A DNA stretch of 64,000 nt from the human T2T-CHM13v2.0 reference genome, Homo sapiens (GCF_009914755.1 NC_060941.1), one strand, 5' to 3'. Shown: positions 13,905-31,870, numbered from the stretch's first letter. Translations and numbers: made by a program. Notes: generated from the letters alone by a model not told the origin.

Positions 13905-14206
13905 GTGTCTGTTTGTTTGTTTTGGAGACAGAGTCTTGCTCTGTCGTCCAGGCTGGAGTACAGTGGCATGATCTTGGCTGACAGCAACCTCTGTTTTCCA
14001 GGTTCAAGCTATTCTCCTGCCTCAGCCTCCCAAGTAGCTGGGATTACAGACATGCACCACCACGCCCAGCTAATTTTTGTATTTTTGGTAGAGACGGGGT
14101 TTCACCATGTTGGCCAGGCTGATCTCGAACTCCTGACCTCAGGTGATTTCGCCTGCCTCAGCCTCCCAAAGTGCTGGGTTACAGGCGTGAGCCACCATAT
14201 CCGGCC
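13905..14206 (-). mobile_element. Alu (AluS-like)
   Basis: Antisense Alu dimer with a GT-rich degraded tail. Confidence 0.92.
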
Positions 14207-14969
14207 AGTTGTTTTTTGTTGTTGTTGAGTTTTAGGAGTTCTCTATAAATCCTGGACAATTATTCCTTATTAAACATACATGATCTGCAAATATTTTCCC
14301 GCATTCTGTGAGTGATCTTTATACTCTGCTGATAGTATATTTTGATGCGCACATTTTTAAATTTTTCATGAGGTCCAGTTTATTTTTTTTATTGCCTGTG
14401 CTATTGGTGTCATAGCCAAGAAATCATTGCCAAATTGCAGATAAGACATTGGGGGGACACGAAGAAACTTCTGGGGGTGATGGATCTGTTCATTATCTTG
14501 ATTGTGATGACGGCTCCATGAGTGTATATTATGTCCAAACTGATCAAATTGTGCACTTTAAACACGTGCAGTTGATTGTACAGTTATACTTCAATAAACT
14601 TGTAAAAAATACCACCAATATTCAACTCTCAGTACTATTGCTAAATTTTCAACCATAGGAGAATATTTGAATATATTGTGGCACATTCATATGATACAAC
14701 GCCATTAAGCACTTATAAAATATTTAATAAAAGTATGTGATGACCAGAGAAATCCTCACACTGTTATGCTGAATGAGGAAAGTAGGTTGCAAAACTATAT
14801 AAAAATATACTATCAATACTGTTTTATATATAATATATATTGACAGGTATTTTATACCTATGCAAGTGTAGAAGTAGAAAATAATACTAAAACTATAATG
14901 TGATCATATCTAGATGGCATGTCTATAATATACTTTCACCGCATTAAAAGAATTTTCTAAAAGGCATAA

Positions 14970-15312
<343 letters not shown>

Positions 15313-15869
15313 TGTACTAATTTTTAAAAAAAGAAGCCTGTGTTTCTTTTAATATTATAAAACAAAAAAATAATAATTTAGAAAAGAAAAAGGTGAGGCA
15401 AAATAACCAATTATCGTCATGGCTACCATTTATTGGAGCTTCCTGTGTGCCAGGAGCTCTCCTAATTGCTTTGAAGACTTCCTTACATAAACCTTGTGGG
15501 TGAGACAGCACTCCATTTTATAGCTAAGGAGACCGAGGCCAGGAATCATGTCCCCGGGTTTCAGAATGGCCCACAGCAGGGCAGGATGGACAGCTAGGCG
15601 TGACCTATGGGAAGCTCACATTCCTGACTCTTTTGGCATATGCCTTCCAGAGACAGCAGTCACATCAACTGGAAAAGAAGACAACACTCTAAAAACAACA
15701 TCTATGAAAGAATGCCTCTGAAACTGTGTCCACTTCTCCCCTTCACCCCTGCTCCTGGCTCAGAAACTATCAACAGTCAGCTTTGTCTGCCAGTCAAGCT
15801 CCCATCCATAGATGGGCACTGAGCCCGCCCCACACATTGGCCTGGTCGCCTCTTTCCTTGTTTTCCCTG

Positions 15870-16305
15870 GCATGAGTTTCCTAGGGCTGCTGCAGGAAAC
15901 ACCACAGCTGCATGGCTTAAAGCAACACGAATGTGCTCTCTCACACTTCTGGATGACAGAAGCCTGAAGCCAAGGTGCCAGCAGGCCACACTCCCTCTGA
16001 AAGTCTAGGAGACTCCTCCTTTGAGTCCCCCCAGCTTCGGGCAGTTCCTGGCAATCTGTGGCCTTCCGTGGCTTGCAGCTGTATCACTCCAGTCTCTGCT
16101 CCATCATCACGTGGCCTTCTTCCCTCTGTATATGGGTCTACTGTGTCTCTGTTTTCTCTACTTAGAAGGACACCACTCACTGGATTAGAGACCACCCTAA
16201 TCCAGAATGGCCTCATCTTAACTAATTGCAAAGACCCTATTTCCAAGTAAGATTGCAATCTGAGGTTCCAGGTGGACATGAATTTGAGGGAACACTCTTC
16301 AATCC
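15870..16305 (-). mobile_element. MaLR LTR (MLT1B/C-like)
   Basis: 'tttcctagggctgctg...ggcttaaagcaaca...ctcacacttctgga...gaccctatttccaagtaag' is antisense MLT1. Confidence 0.82.
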
Positions 16306-17923
16306 AGTATACCCCTTACCATGCCCCCACTAGATCACAGGCAAACATGACAGCTCACTTCCTTTCCATACCCCAGGACCTCCTCTCCCCAGGATTTGCT
16401 TATGTGGGTCCCTCTCTCTGGTCGGCCTGCTCTGCCTCTCTCTCTCTTCTAATTCTTCCCACTCTCCAAGGCCCCGCTCAAACACTACTTCCTCCAGGTT
16501 GCTTCCCTTCAATCCCCAGGGAAGCCACTAAGCAAAGTGTCTGAAACATACAGCAGGTCCAACATATGCTAATTTCCCTTTATCCCTTGGAAAATCCTTA
16601 GAAACTTATCAGTCTTTTTTTTCATGTGTTTTGCTTTTGACTTTGTATAAAAGTCATTTGTTGATACAAAAACCAGACGAAGACATTACAAGAATATAAA
16701 ACTTTAGATCCATTTGAATAGACCCAAAAATCTTCAACAAAATACTAGCAAGCTGAACCCAACAACATATAAGAAGAGTTGTACACCATGACCAAGTGCG
16801 GTTTATCTCAGGAATGCATGACTGGTTCAACATATGAAAATAGATGGATGTAAGACACTAGATTAGTAAAAGAAAAGACAGGAAACACAAGATCATCTCA
16901 ACAGATGCAGAAAAACATTTGACAAATCCAACAGCATTTCAAAATAAAAACATTCACTAAACTAAAAACGGAAAGGAACTTCCTCAATCTAATAAATGTT
17001 ATCTATGAAAAACCAACAACTATAAAAAAAACCCCACAAATTTAAGTGTGAAAGACTAAAAGTTTTCCCCCATATAACTGGGACAAGACAAAGATATTCA
17101 CTCTCACCACTTCTAGTCAACCTTGTGCTGGAAGGTCTACCTGGGAAATTAGGCAAGATAAAGAAATAAAATGCAAAAAGATTTTAAAAATAAAATCTTT
17201 AAAAGAAATAAAATTTTAAAAAGGAAAAGGAAGAAGATTGGAAAAAAAGGAGTAAAACTATCTCTATTAACAGATGACATGATCTAGCATATAGAATATC
17301 ATTAGGAATCTACACACATACACACACAGAAAACCCACTGAAACCAATAAATGAAGTCAGTAAGTTTGCATTATATAAGATCAATGTCTAAAAATTAATT
17401 GTATTTCTATACACTGGCAATGAACGACACAAAAATAAAATTAATAAAACAATTCTCTTCACAATACACGTACACACACAAGTACAAGACTTGTGTACTT
17501 AAGACTATAAAAGTTGAAACAAATTAAAGACCTAAATAATCAGAAAGGCATCCCACGTTCATGGATTGGAAGACTTAATATTGTTATGATGGCAATACTC
17601 TCCAAATTGATACACAGATTCAACACAGTTCCTATCAAAATCCCAGCTACCGTTTTTGCAGATATTGACAGGTTGACCCTAAAATTCATACGGAAATACA
17701 GAGGACCCAGAATAGCCAAAACAACATTGAAAAATTAGGACTCACACTTCCTAATTTCAAAACTTAACTACAAAGCTACGGTAATCAATATGGTGTGATA
17801 ATGGCATAAGGATAGACATATTGATCAATGGAATAGAATTGAGAGTCCAGAAATAAATCCACAAGTTTATGGTCAATTGTTTCCAACAAGCTTGGTAAAA
17901 CAATTCAATTGATAAAAGAATAA

Positions 17924-18238
<315 letters not shown>

Positions 18239-18502
18239 GTGAAAGAATAGTCTTTTCAGCAAATGGCACAGAGACAACTGGATAGCCACATACAAAGAAT
18301 GAAGTCAGACCATAACCTCACACTGTCTACAACAATTAACTTAAAATGGATCAAAGACTTAAGTGTAAGAGCTAGAACTATAAATCTCTTAGAAGAAAAC
18401 ATAGATACTTTGATATGACACCAAAAAGACAATCAACCAAAGAAAAAAATAGATAAATCTGATTTCATAAAAATTTAAAACTCAACACTATCAAGAGAGT
18501 GA

Positions 18503-18842
<340 letters not shown>

Positions 18843-19034
18843 TCATATATCTGACAAGGGACTAGTACCCAAATATTTTTTAAAAACACTTAAGATGTAA
18901 GAATAAAAAGACAAATGACTCAATTTAAAAATGGGCAAATAATTTAAATAGACATATCTCCAATGAAGATATAAATGGCCAATAAGCACATGAAAAATTC
19001 TCCACATCATTATTCCCTGGAGAAATGCAAATCA

Positions 19035-19520
<486 letters not shown>

Positions 19521-19535
19521 TTAAACACAGTGTTA

Positions 19536-19928
<393 letters not shown>

Positions 19929-20772
19929 TCATAGTAGCATTATTCATCATATCCAAAAAGAGAAAAATGCCCATCAACTGATGACCAGATAAGGAAATCG
20001 TGGCATCCATACAATGGAATACTGTTCAGCTATAAATAGGAATGAAGTACCGGCCTGTTACAACACGGATGAATCCTGAAAACACGATGCTAAGCGAAAG
20101 AAGCCAGTCACAAAAGGCCACGTGTTCTATGATTTCATTTATATGAAATATCCAGAATAGGTAAATCCATAGAGACAGACAGCAGGTTAGTGGCTGCCAG
20201 GGCTGGGGAAGGAAGGGCTGGGCTGTGACTGCTAGAGTATGAGGTTTCTTTTTGGGGGGATGAAAATGTTCTGGAATCAGGTTGTGATTACACAGCTTCA
20301 TGAATGTACTAACTGCCACTGCATTGTACACTTTAAAAGGGTGACTTTTATGCTATGTGAATAAAAGGTCACTATGCACCCGCTCTCTCCCGTCTGATTT
20401 ATCTTGTACATCTCCCACCAAAGGGTCTTGTACAAAGCATGGCCTCAGAAAATATTTGTTCTGCAATAAAAAGTTCTGGGTGTCCCCCACCCTCTCAACC
20501 TGCAGACAACGAGACAAGGTTGCCACCTGTGTAGAGCTTCATTGTGGTGGGAAGTCAGGCAGCAAACGGTAAACGGGTCATGGGGTGCTCTAAGGGAATG
20601 AGCACAGGGTGGGAGGTGGAGGGGCTGGGCACGGCCACTCTAGAGAGGTGGACCTGGGGGTCCTCAGTGAAGCCTGCAGAAAGGTGAAGAGCTAGCAGAG
20701 AGCCCAGGGGAAATGCATGCCTGAAATAAGCTAAGCACATCAGAGAAAGCACCAGTCCTTGTACGAGTCCCA

Positions 20773-20851
20773 GTGCAAAAACAGCGCCACCCTGGAAACG
20801 GAGAGTCAGCCCGGTGCAAAAACAGCGCCACCCTCTGGAAACAGAGATGCA
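20773..20851. repeat. 41-bp tandem duplication containing a CTCF-like motif
   Basis: gtgcaaaaacagcgccaccc at 20773 and 20814. Confidence 0.85.
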
Positions 20852-20906
20852 GTTTGCTCTTGCATTGTTGAGTTTTACGTTCCTCCCAGTGTGGGAATGG
20901 AAGTGA

Positions 20907-21253
<347 letters not shown>

Positions 21254-21357
21254 CACACTCCCAGTATTTTTTAAGTTGCTTAACATTTGCAAGTGGTAAA
21301 TAAATTCACGTTGTGGTTAAAAATTTTAAAAAGACTGAAGTGTGCAGAATCGGCATT

Positions 21358-21417
21358 GGAAGCCTGTCCCCCAGGTCATCCTGGTCTGGAAGCCCTGTCC
21401 CCCAGGTCATCCTGGTC
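21358..21417. repeat. ~30-bp tandem duplication
   Basis: ggaagcc(c)tgtcccccaggtcatcctggtc occurs twice. Confidence 0.85.
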
Positions 21418-21929
21418 AGCAGTTGAGTGACTCTTCTTCCAAAGTTCGTTCTGCAGGTTTACACACACTTGAAGGTATCTTCCCATGTTGCTGGTAGACA
21501 CCATTTTGGAATAATGGCTCAGGGGCAATTAGAAAAGAAGAGTCTTTAACGTATTCTTCAACTTGACTCATAAAAGTAGAGTCAATCACTCTTCTCTACA
21601 ACAGTCAACTTCTCTCAAGGAAGACCTGAGGAAGCTGGTGCCCGACCCACCAGGAGACATGGACCTCACAGGAGGTGAGCTGAGGATGTGGATAATTTGG
21701 ACACCACTTGGACTGTGAGCTGCTGGGAGGTGTCAGACAGGAGCATCCCACGGGGTAGGGATGGGGGCTCTGGAAGGCTTCCTCTCGGAGCAGGTGGCAT
21801 GGGGGCTGGCTGTGGGGGTCTTTGTGGGGAAGAAAGAGCCTGAGTGGGTGCAGGGACAAGGAAGGTCCGCGGAGGACAGGTCGGAGTGCTCTGAAAACGG
21901 CCCTGGCGTTGATTTTTAAAAAGGGTCGC

Positions 21930-23041
<1,112 letters not shown>

Positions 23042-23221
23042 TAGTGGTACCTCCTTATCCAAGGGGAATACAACCCAATACCCCCGTTGGTGCCTGAAAC
23101 CTTGGATAGTGCCAAAACCTATAAATACTATGTTTTTCCTATACATACACACCTATGATAAAGTTTAATCTACAAATTAGGCACAGTAAGAGATGAACAA
23201 CAATAATAATAAAATAGAAGT

Positions 23222-23835
<614 letters not shown>

Positions 23836-24137
23836 TCATTCTTACCAGAGGTCGTAGCAACCTCAGCACAGAATTCTGTTCTTTCCTTATTCAGTTGAGA
23901 ACTTCCGCCTTCTCGCTAAAAGGAAGCGCTTTATGGCTTCTCTTTGGCATATCCAAATTGTCAGCATCACTGCTCTGGTGCTGTGGGGCCATTATTCAGT
24001 CAAATAAAGGTGACTTGAACACAAGCACTGAGATCCTAGGGCAGCCGATCTGATCACCCAGACAGCTGGCGGGATGGAGGGGGAGGGTAGGAGACTTCAT
24101 TACTCTACCAGAATGGCATGCAATTTAAAGCTCATGA

Positions 24138-24586
<449 letters not shown>

Positions 24587-27500
24587 TAGAGTTTCTTGGC
24601 TTCCTCCACCCTAAAGCACATTCCCTTATCTTCCCTGGCTCTCCCAGGCTCTTCTCAGGCGTGGCACCCACACAGTAGGGCTAGCTAACCCTGGGGACCC
24701 AGCAAAGGCTGCACCAACTCACAGGTGGGGCTGGTAGGAGGCTGGGTTCACGCTCAGGTTTATCTTATGATGCTGAGGAGTTTGTGGAATAGGTTCAAAA
24801 ACGTTGAAAGAGGGAGAAGCCTGGGCGCCTTGCTTTCAGAGTGACTTTGTGGCTACCTCCCTGTCCGATTCCTGATTTGGCCTCGGTTTTTGCCTTTGAC
24901 CTGGGGTTGGGGCCACCCCTGCAGCCACTGCGCCCTCTATAGGTAAGAAGGCCCAAGGAAGAAGCCCTCTGCTCCGTCACCTCCTCGCCATGCCGTCCCC
25001 ACTGCCAGTGGGCGCAACGTTACTTGCAAGGCCACAAACACCCGGAACAATCCGCCAGGCCGCGTCACTCCTCACCCTCCAGCAGGGCTTTGGATTTTTG
25101 GACAGCGAGTTCTGTTTCATTTTGTTTTGTTTTTCCCTTTGCATTTGGTGAACTCCGTGTCAGGAAAGCTAGTCTTTGGGATTCAAGGAAGAACAAAACA
25201 AACCCGATCTCCTGTAATCTACCTGGATTGGAACGCCCAGCTTTGTACAGCCTGAGCTCTGGCCGACTGGAATTTCTGCCAGGTCCTATTCACACCCTTG
25301 GCCCCAGCTGGCTGTGAGGTTTCCTGGGAACCCTTGCCTCCTACATGGCCTACTTAAAAGGCTGCTGAGAGCCAGCCAGGTGTTCTTTAAGCCCCTGTGA
25401 AGATTCCTTGATCAGTTACACAAAAAGCTTGCTCAAAAGAATGGGACCGGGAGCAACCGCAATGCCCTCTGGAGACCCAGCTCCTGATTTCAAAGGATCA
25501 ACGAGTGACAGAGGGTTGGGGACTGGGGGGGTCGTGCATGAAGACAGCCACCGCCCACAACAGGTCCACCCTGAAGTGAAAAGACAAATATCATTTTTCC
25601 TCCAGTTTGCAACCAACTGTGCACAGCTTCGGGACCCCCAGCCAGCCCAAACCTGTCGCTGGCTGCCCACTAACGCTCCCAGCAGCCCTTAGTACAATAC
25701 AAATTCAGGCAATGCCTGCGTCTGCCCACACCTGCAGAGCATGAGCCCCACTTTGGAATGACGGGGTCTGTGCAGAGACCGGGCAGAGCTCTGGGCTTCA
25801 GGATGGCAGCAGCAGCTCCGGCAGGCGGCTCTCCAGGCCACGAGATGGGCACAGACCTTCCTGCACCCTCACAGCTTCTGCGGCTCCCCAGGCAACGGAG
25901 CCAGTCAGGGCATGGGGACGCCAGGCAGCAGTGTCAGACTTGGCCATTGCCAAGTTCTCTCTTGTCCCCGCCAGGCAGAACAGGTGCACATCCAGGTCAA
26001 CCTGTGACCTCGGCCTTACTAACCCTTGTCTAGGCAAACCTGGGAGCGAGATGGAATCAAATAAGAACCAACCTATACTGGGCAGTGATTACTCTAAAAG
26101 CTTATGCAAGAGCCCTGCTCCTCTGTTGGTACCCTACATGTCGATGCCGAGACTGAGGCTCAGAGAGGTCTGGTCATTGCTCACACCGGCCCCTGCACTG
26201 TCCCAGGCTGTCTCTCTTGCAGCAAGGGAAAATGGCTCTTTAGCCTCTGTTATGTTTTAACCATAAGGCATTTTCTCACGCAGGGCTTTCCAATGTTGGC
26301 CCACAGACAAGAAGCCCACTGGACATTTGGGAAGAGGAGTTTTAGAGAGAAGAGGATGGAGGAAGGCTAGAGTCACGGTATTGTGTGTGCACGTGTGTGT
26401 GTTTACACGCCTGAAACGAATGACTGCGTCGGTCACATGTGCGGTGTGCCCACATCCTTCCCAACAAAGATGAGCTCAAAAGCGTGAGGGAAACACACCG
26501 TGCAAAGACCAGCTTAGGGGATTCTGGTGAATGTCCAGAGATCCAAACAGCAAGACCCCCGCCGCTCCTGACTCAGCAGGGATGCTGGATGCAAACTGGC
26601 CCTGATACACTGGGCCCTGGGGTCTTCTCCACGTCATTATCCTGGAGGGTTTAAGTCCCCCGAGGCAGGAGCCAAAGGGAACAGCAAGCTTGAGATTTTT
26701 CTGAAGCCTCTTCCGTTGACAGTGCCTTTCCATTCATCTGAAACAAACTCTGAAGGACTCCTCTCTATGGAATCGGTCCCCAGAGGTGGAGGCTGCTGCT
26801 CCATCCCAGCCCCTCTCATCCCATCCTCTCCTGCTTCACGCAGCCCAGGTGAGGCCTGCCCTGCAGAAGGCTACAGGGAACACGGGATGGGGCAGTTTCT
26901 ACCTGCCTGCTGAGCTGCTCTGGTGACTTAAAACAAAAGTGTCAGGAGCCTCTGGCAGGAGGAAGGGAGGAATAAAATCCAGCATTCAACCCAAGCATCT
27001 CTGTTGCCCATGAATTCATCCTTTTCAGTGATCCGTCCACCAGAATATCCTACTTTGCCTGGGTCATTTCACGCCTTCCCCAACGAGGCGAACCCCAGCC
27101 CAACGTCCAAAGCTTTCCTGAAGCCCCACTGCCTCCACCACCCTCAGTAAGTGAAGAGAAGGGAAGATGCATGGAGCCCCGCCCCATCCCAGAGACGGCC
27201 CGGTGCACAGGGACGTGCAGGTCACACAGATTACAAGGCTGAGGAGGGGATGGGATGGGAAGGGGTCCGTGTGGAGCAGCAGCCTCCACCTCCGGGTCTC
27301 TGACTCCAACGAGGCAGAGACCACCTTCCCTGACGCCTCATCCCTCCACCTGGCCCCTTCCCAGCATCTGCAACCCACTGGTGTGTCTTGGTCCCCCAGG
27401 CAAGGGTGATGTCTCAGCCATCTCTGCAACCCTTGCCCCACAGGGCCTGGCACGCAGCAGGATGGGGGTGACGGAGGAGAGAGAGCTCTCCGCACCTTCC

Positions 27501-29127
27501 TTCCCCCACCTGTGAGACGGCGATGAGTTGGCTGGACGCTACGATCTCTAGGAACCCCATTAGGCTCTAAAATCCTGGCAGTTTCTAAAATGCACAGTAA
27601 GCTAACTGTTCCCAGCAAAACTGAAGCACGTCTGGCATAATTAGCATCACACACACATGTGCACACGGCGGTACTGGACTCATCCAGCCGAGAGGCTGGA
27701 CTCTGCCAGCTTCCCGCTGACCACAGAGGCAGCCAGACCCAGCTCTGGAGTCTGCTCGCAGAGCCCAGCCGGCTGTGCACGGGAGGGCGATTGATGCGGC
27801 TGCCAGTTCGAAGAGGCAGAGCAATAAAGCCTCGGCGACTGCGGTGCCTTCTGCTGCCGGGGTGGGACCCCTAAGCTTTTCAGAGGCCTGGATGCTGAGG
27901 GGGGCCCACGGGAAGCTGGCTCTATTAGGCTCAAGCTGCCATTTCTGACATAAGTGGCAATGTTAAGTGATGGGCGCACAGCCGGCCGGATTCTGCCATC
28001 CCAGGCCTAGAACCTGCCCCATGGTCACGGTCGAGCTCGGGAGCGCCGACATCCCGCATGCACCGAGACAGCCTGGCTTTTCCAGCCAGAGGGACTGGGA
28101 GCAGCAAGGCCGGAAAATACAGGGCCAAGCGGGGCGGGGATGAATCGCAGCTCCTCGCGGCATGGGCGGCACACTCCCAGAGCCAGAGCTGCTGGGAACT
28201 GGGAAGGCAGGGTCTCCGCTCCGGCGATTAACTCTGCCGATCTGCAACATCACGGCTAATTAGGGAAGGTGTAAATCACTGGGAGGAAGCGGGCAGGCAC
28301 ATCCTTCAGGTTGATTACCAGCACGGTTTAGGAAAAGATAACCAGGCCCGGCCTTTCTTCTGTTCCTTTGCCAGCCGTCGGGGCGGGGTGGGGGCCGTGG
28401 CGGGCGGGCAACAATCCGCGGCAGGTAGGAGGAGAGAATGTACCAGGCCTTTGAGTGCTGTTTCTGTTTTAATTTTTTCTTAGTCATATGGAGTGACCTT
28501 GTGGATTTCCCAGGGAAATTAAGAAAAATTCCACTGAACAGATCTCACAGCTGTTACGAGTTTCTGAGCTTCCGTGGGTCCCGTGCATTTACGACTGTGA
28601 CGACTTAGACTCAGGACGTGCACGTGATGCCGTACTGGGCTTTTTCCATTCAGCGTGATTACACGGTGTTATTCATTAAGGGCTGGAGACTCTGATGGCA
28701 GGAATCATTTGTTTTTCTTTTTCCCTTAAGGCATTTGCAAATATGCTTGGAGGCAAAGGGACGCTGGGTACATCTAATAAATAAAGCAAAATAATTAATA
28801 GCTCAAGCAGTCTAGAGACCACTCCCAGTTGCTCCTGAACCAGGCTTTTGAGAGCCAATCGTTCTGTTTTCATTCCCTCCCGACTTCGTCCTTGAAATAC
28901 ACATTACTGGGAAGAAAACAGCCAAGAGATTTTTCTGAACCCAAAAAGAATGTTTATTTTTTTTCCCCTAGATTTTATAGGAGCTTAACGTGGGCAAACC
29001 AATGAGATGATTCTAAACCAAAGCGCCCTCGTGGGCTCCACGCTCTCAGCCTGTCCATCAGCAGCACACCTGGGAGATTCTGCCCAACCTAGGGAAAGGA
29101 GGAGCCATAGGAGCTGGGCAGGGAAGG

Positions 29128-29271
29128 CCAGAGCACACACGCTCCGGGGACGCACACCCACGCCTAGAGCACACACGCTCCGGGGATGCACACCCACGCC
29201 CAGAGCACACGCGCTCCGGGGACGCACACCCACGCCCAGAGCACACACGCTCCAGGGATGCACACCCACGC
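29128..29271. repeat. Minisatellite/VNTR, 36 bp x 4
   Basis: Unit ccagagcacacacgctccggggacgcacacccacgc with 0-2 differences per copy. Confidence 0.95.
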
Positions 29272-31834
29272 CCTGGACCCCAGCAGAGGGATCAAGGGCT
29301 CAGGCATCCCCAGTGCCGCCAATCACGTGGCCCTCTCGAGGTGAAGCTGCGACACTGTGTGGAAACCCAGGGGAGATGGGAGAGGCCTGAAGCGGGAGGC
29401 GGGAGGACCGCATAGCTGCAAATGCATCTGGGCGTGAAGACGTCCCTGTGTCATCTCTGCAGGACCAAACAGTCAATTAGTATCTAAATACTTTTAGGGG
29501 ACAGAAAGACGCTCACGGTTCCTGTCGCAGGTCCAGGTTATTCGGTGCCATAAAAAGGCACACGTCGACCTTCACTGTTTCCTGCAAACACAGCTGGGAC
29601 ATCAGCCCGGAAAGGAATGTAACCTGTCAGGCCGCAAATCCCACGGTTCTCACTAGGAGCAGGAAAGGACCCTGGTCTCCCTTCACATCCACCAAAAGCT
29701 CACCCTGACTAGAGAACCAAGCAGAGACTGAGGCCAGAGAATAACCAAGTAGCAAGGAGGGGAGGGGTCTTCACAGACAGAGGCCTTGCTATGGGTGGGC
29801 TCTGGCTTCCAGGTGGTGGGCTCTGCGGGCCAGAGCTTGGGGCGCAGGAGGCCAAGGTCCAGGTCCCAGACACATCCATTATGGCCAAACACAAGAAGCC
29901 CTCAGGCCTGCCCAACACGGCTGTGGGCACCGGTGCCTCCCCAGACCCTCTGGGCAGCCCATCCTTGCACCTGGAGGAGCAGCTCACCGTGCCGTGGAGG
30001 GTGGCCGCGAGGTTCATCTGGGCCTCCGAGCCTCCCAGCGCATCCCACTGCTCTGCAGAAACAGAATAATCACCACCCAGGCTGGTGGCTTCCCAACTTT
30101 TCCGTGACGTTCCCCTAGGCAATTTAAAAATGGAGTGAATACTGATAATAATTTGACTAAATTTAGGTGTTCCCCTTAGGCATCTGATTAAATTTCATGA
30201 ACTCTTTTTCAGGCTTGCAGCCCAAATTCCCCTTCTCTCTTGGCTTCACGGCACGGGCTTCTTGACCACCATGTAGGGTCAGCAAATTCCGCCTAACAAG
30301 CCGGAGCTTTCCTTCCTTCCCGGAGGAACAAGACACTAAGAAGAGGTTCCCAGGGGAACATGCAGTGGGAGTCTGGGCCGCTACGTTGTGGGGTGGTGTA
30401 ACCAGGGTTTGTCCAGAAAAAGACACAGAACCCGCAGGCCCTGGAGGACCCTGAAGATCACCAGGCCCAGTCTGTTCCTCTCCCTAACCAGGACACTGTG
30501 GTGCAGACAGTGTAGGGACTGGCGAAGAGACACAGTGGGTGGCAGGAACGGGGAACAGAAAGCCAGAACCTTCTAGATTCTGAGCTGCTGGGCTTTGTGA
30601 CATCCCACATGGCTTGGTCCCGCCTTTCAGCCCCCCAGGGTTCACTCGAACCGCCTCCGCGCACCCCAACAGCAGAGACGTAACGTGCAGGACTGACTGG
30701 TGCTTCCCAAAAATCTTCTCGGACTCAGTGGCACACCTGGGACTGCCCGAATCTGTGCCCTGGTCCCCGTTACTGTTCCTGCAGGCTGGAAGGGGAGCCT
30801 GTGAGTTGAGCCAGAGCTGACCGGGAGCTGCTGGGACCATGGCTAGGGGTTGTGACGTGACCTGGGCCCCGGGAGGCCCTGAGGGAACTGGTGGGTACTC
30901 TCCAGCACCCCAACCCCAAAGGGCAAACAGTCATGATACCAATCACCAACATCCTTTGATAAGACCTTGGCTACTCATTTATATTCATTTAAATTCCATC
31001 CACACACTTGTCACAGCAAAGCTGAATTCTGTATCTAGCCCCTCGTGGCAGCAGTGACGGAAGGACAGAACTTGTTTAGGCATCGTTTCCTCGCTCCCTC
31101 CTTAATCTCCACTCGGCTTTTCCCATCCCCTGGGCCTAGTTTCAGGGGAGCCAGCATCTTCCGCACCAATGCACTGCTTGGCCCGGCTCAGAGGATTTGA
31201 CGCAAACCAGGACTGGGGCCCTGGCCGACAGAAAATTCTTAGAGCAAAATGGCTGTTCACCAGCGGCGGGTATGTTCTTAGACCCTCCATCTGCCCGGGC
31301 CCTGCTGGGAGAAGGCCTCGGGCCTCCACCTCCAGCAATCCTCTAATACCTCCTCAGAGCTTTCCGGAGAGAAGGGAGGAAGCCAGGGAAGCTCTGGGTG
31401 CCCCCGACAAGTTTAACCCCTTCCTTCTTTGGCACACACTTCACAAAAGAAGACACCAGGTGAACAAGCACGCAGAGACATATTCAAGATCGTCGGTGAT
31501 AAAGAAATGCGCATGAACATGATTTTTAAGCCATCCTACCAGCAACACTTCGTTTTCCAAAGCGGGGAGGCCAAACCTCCAAAGCTGGGAGGGCTACAGT
31601 CAAAGAAGCACCTCCCACACCGGAGGCAAGGGACGCGCCACCCTCGGAGCGGCTCCCTCGGCTCTTCTGTAATCTCAGCAAGAACGTGCTCACTGCACAT
31701 AACGCTGAACCTGCCACGGGCACGAAGCAGACCCACATCCGTCCCTGCAGCAGCAGCCTCGGCCCACCCTCAATCCCACTCCTCCAAGGGCGCGCCAGGG
31801 AACAGCAGGACGCGGCCCTCCGGGGCTTCCCTGT

Positions 31835-31870
31835 GCGCACACACACACGCACACACACACACATGCACAT
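31835..31870. repeat. (CA)n microsatellite, imperfect
   Basis: gcgcacacacacacgcacacacacacatgcacat. Confidence 0.85.

Noticed and set aside
17514-17738. L1 ORF2-like peptide
   Set aside because: A short remnant in a heavily mutated, Alu-interrupted L1; not an active element.
29128-29271. 36-bp repeats of CRISPR-like length
   Set aside because: Head-to-tail copies with no unique spacers, no cas genes, and a human context: this is a minisatellite.
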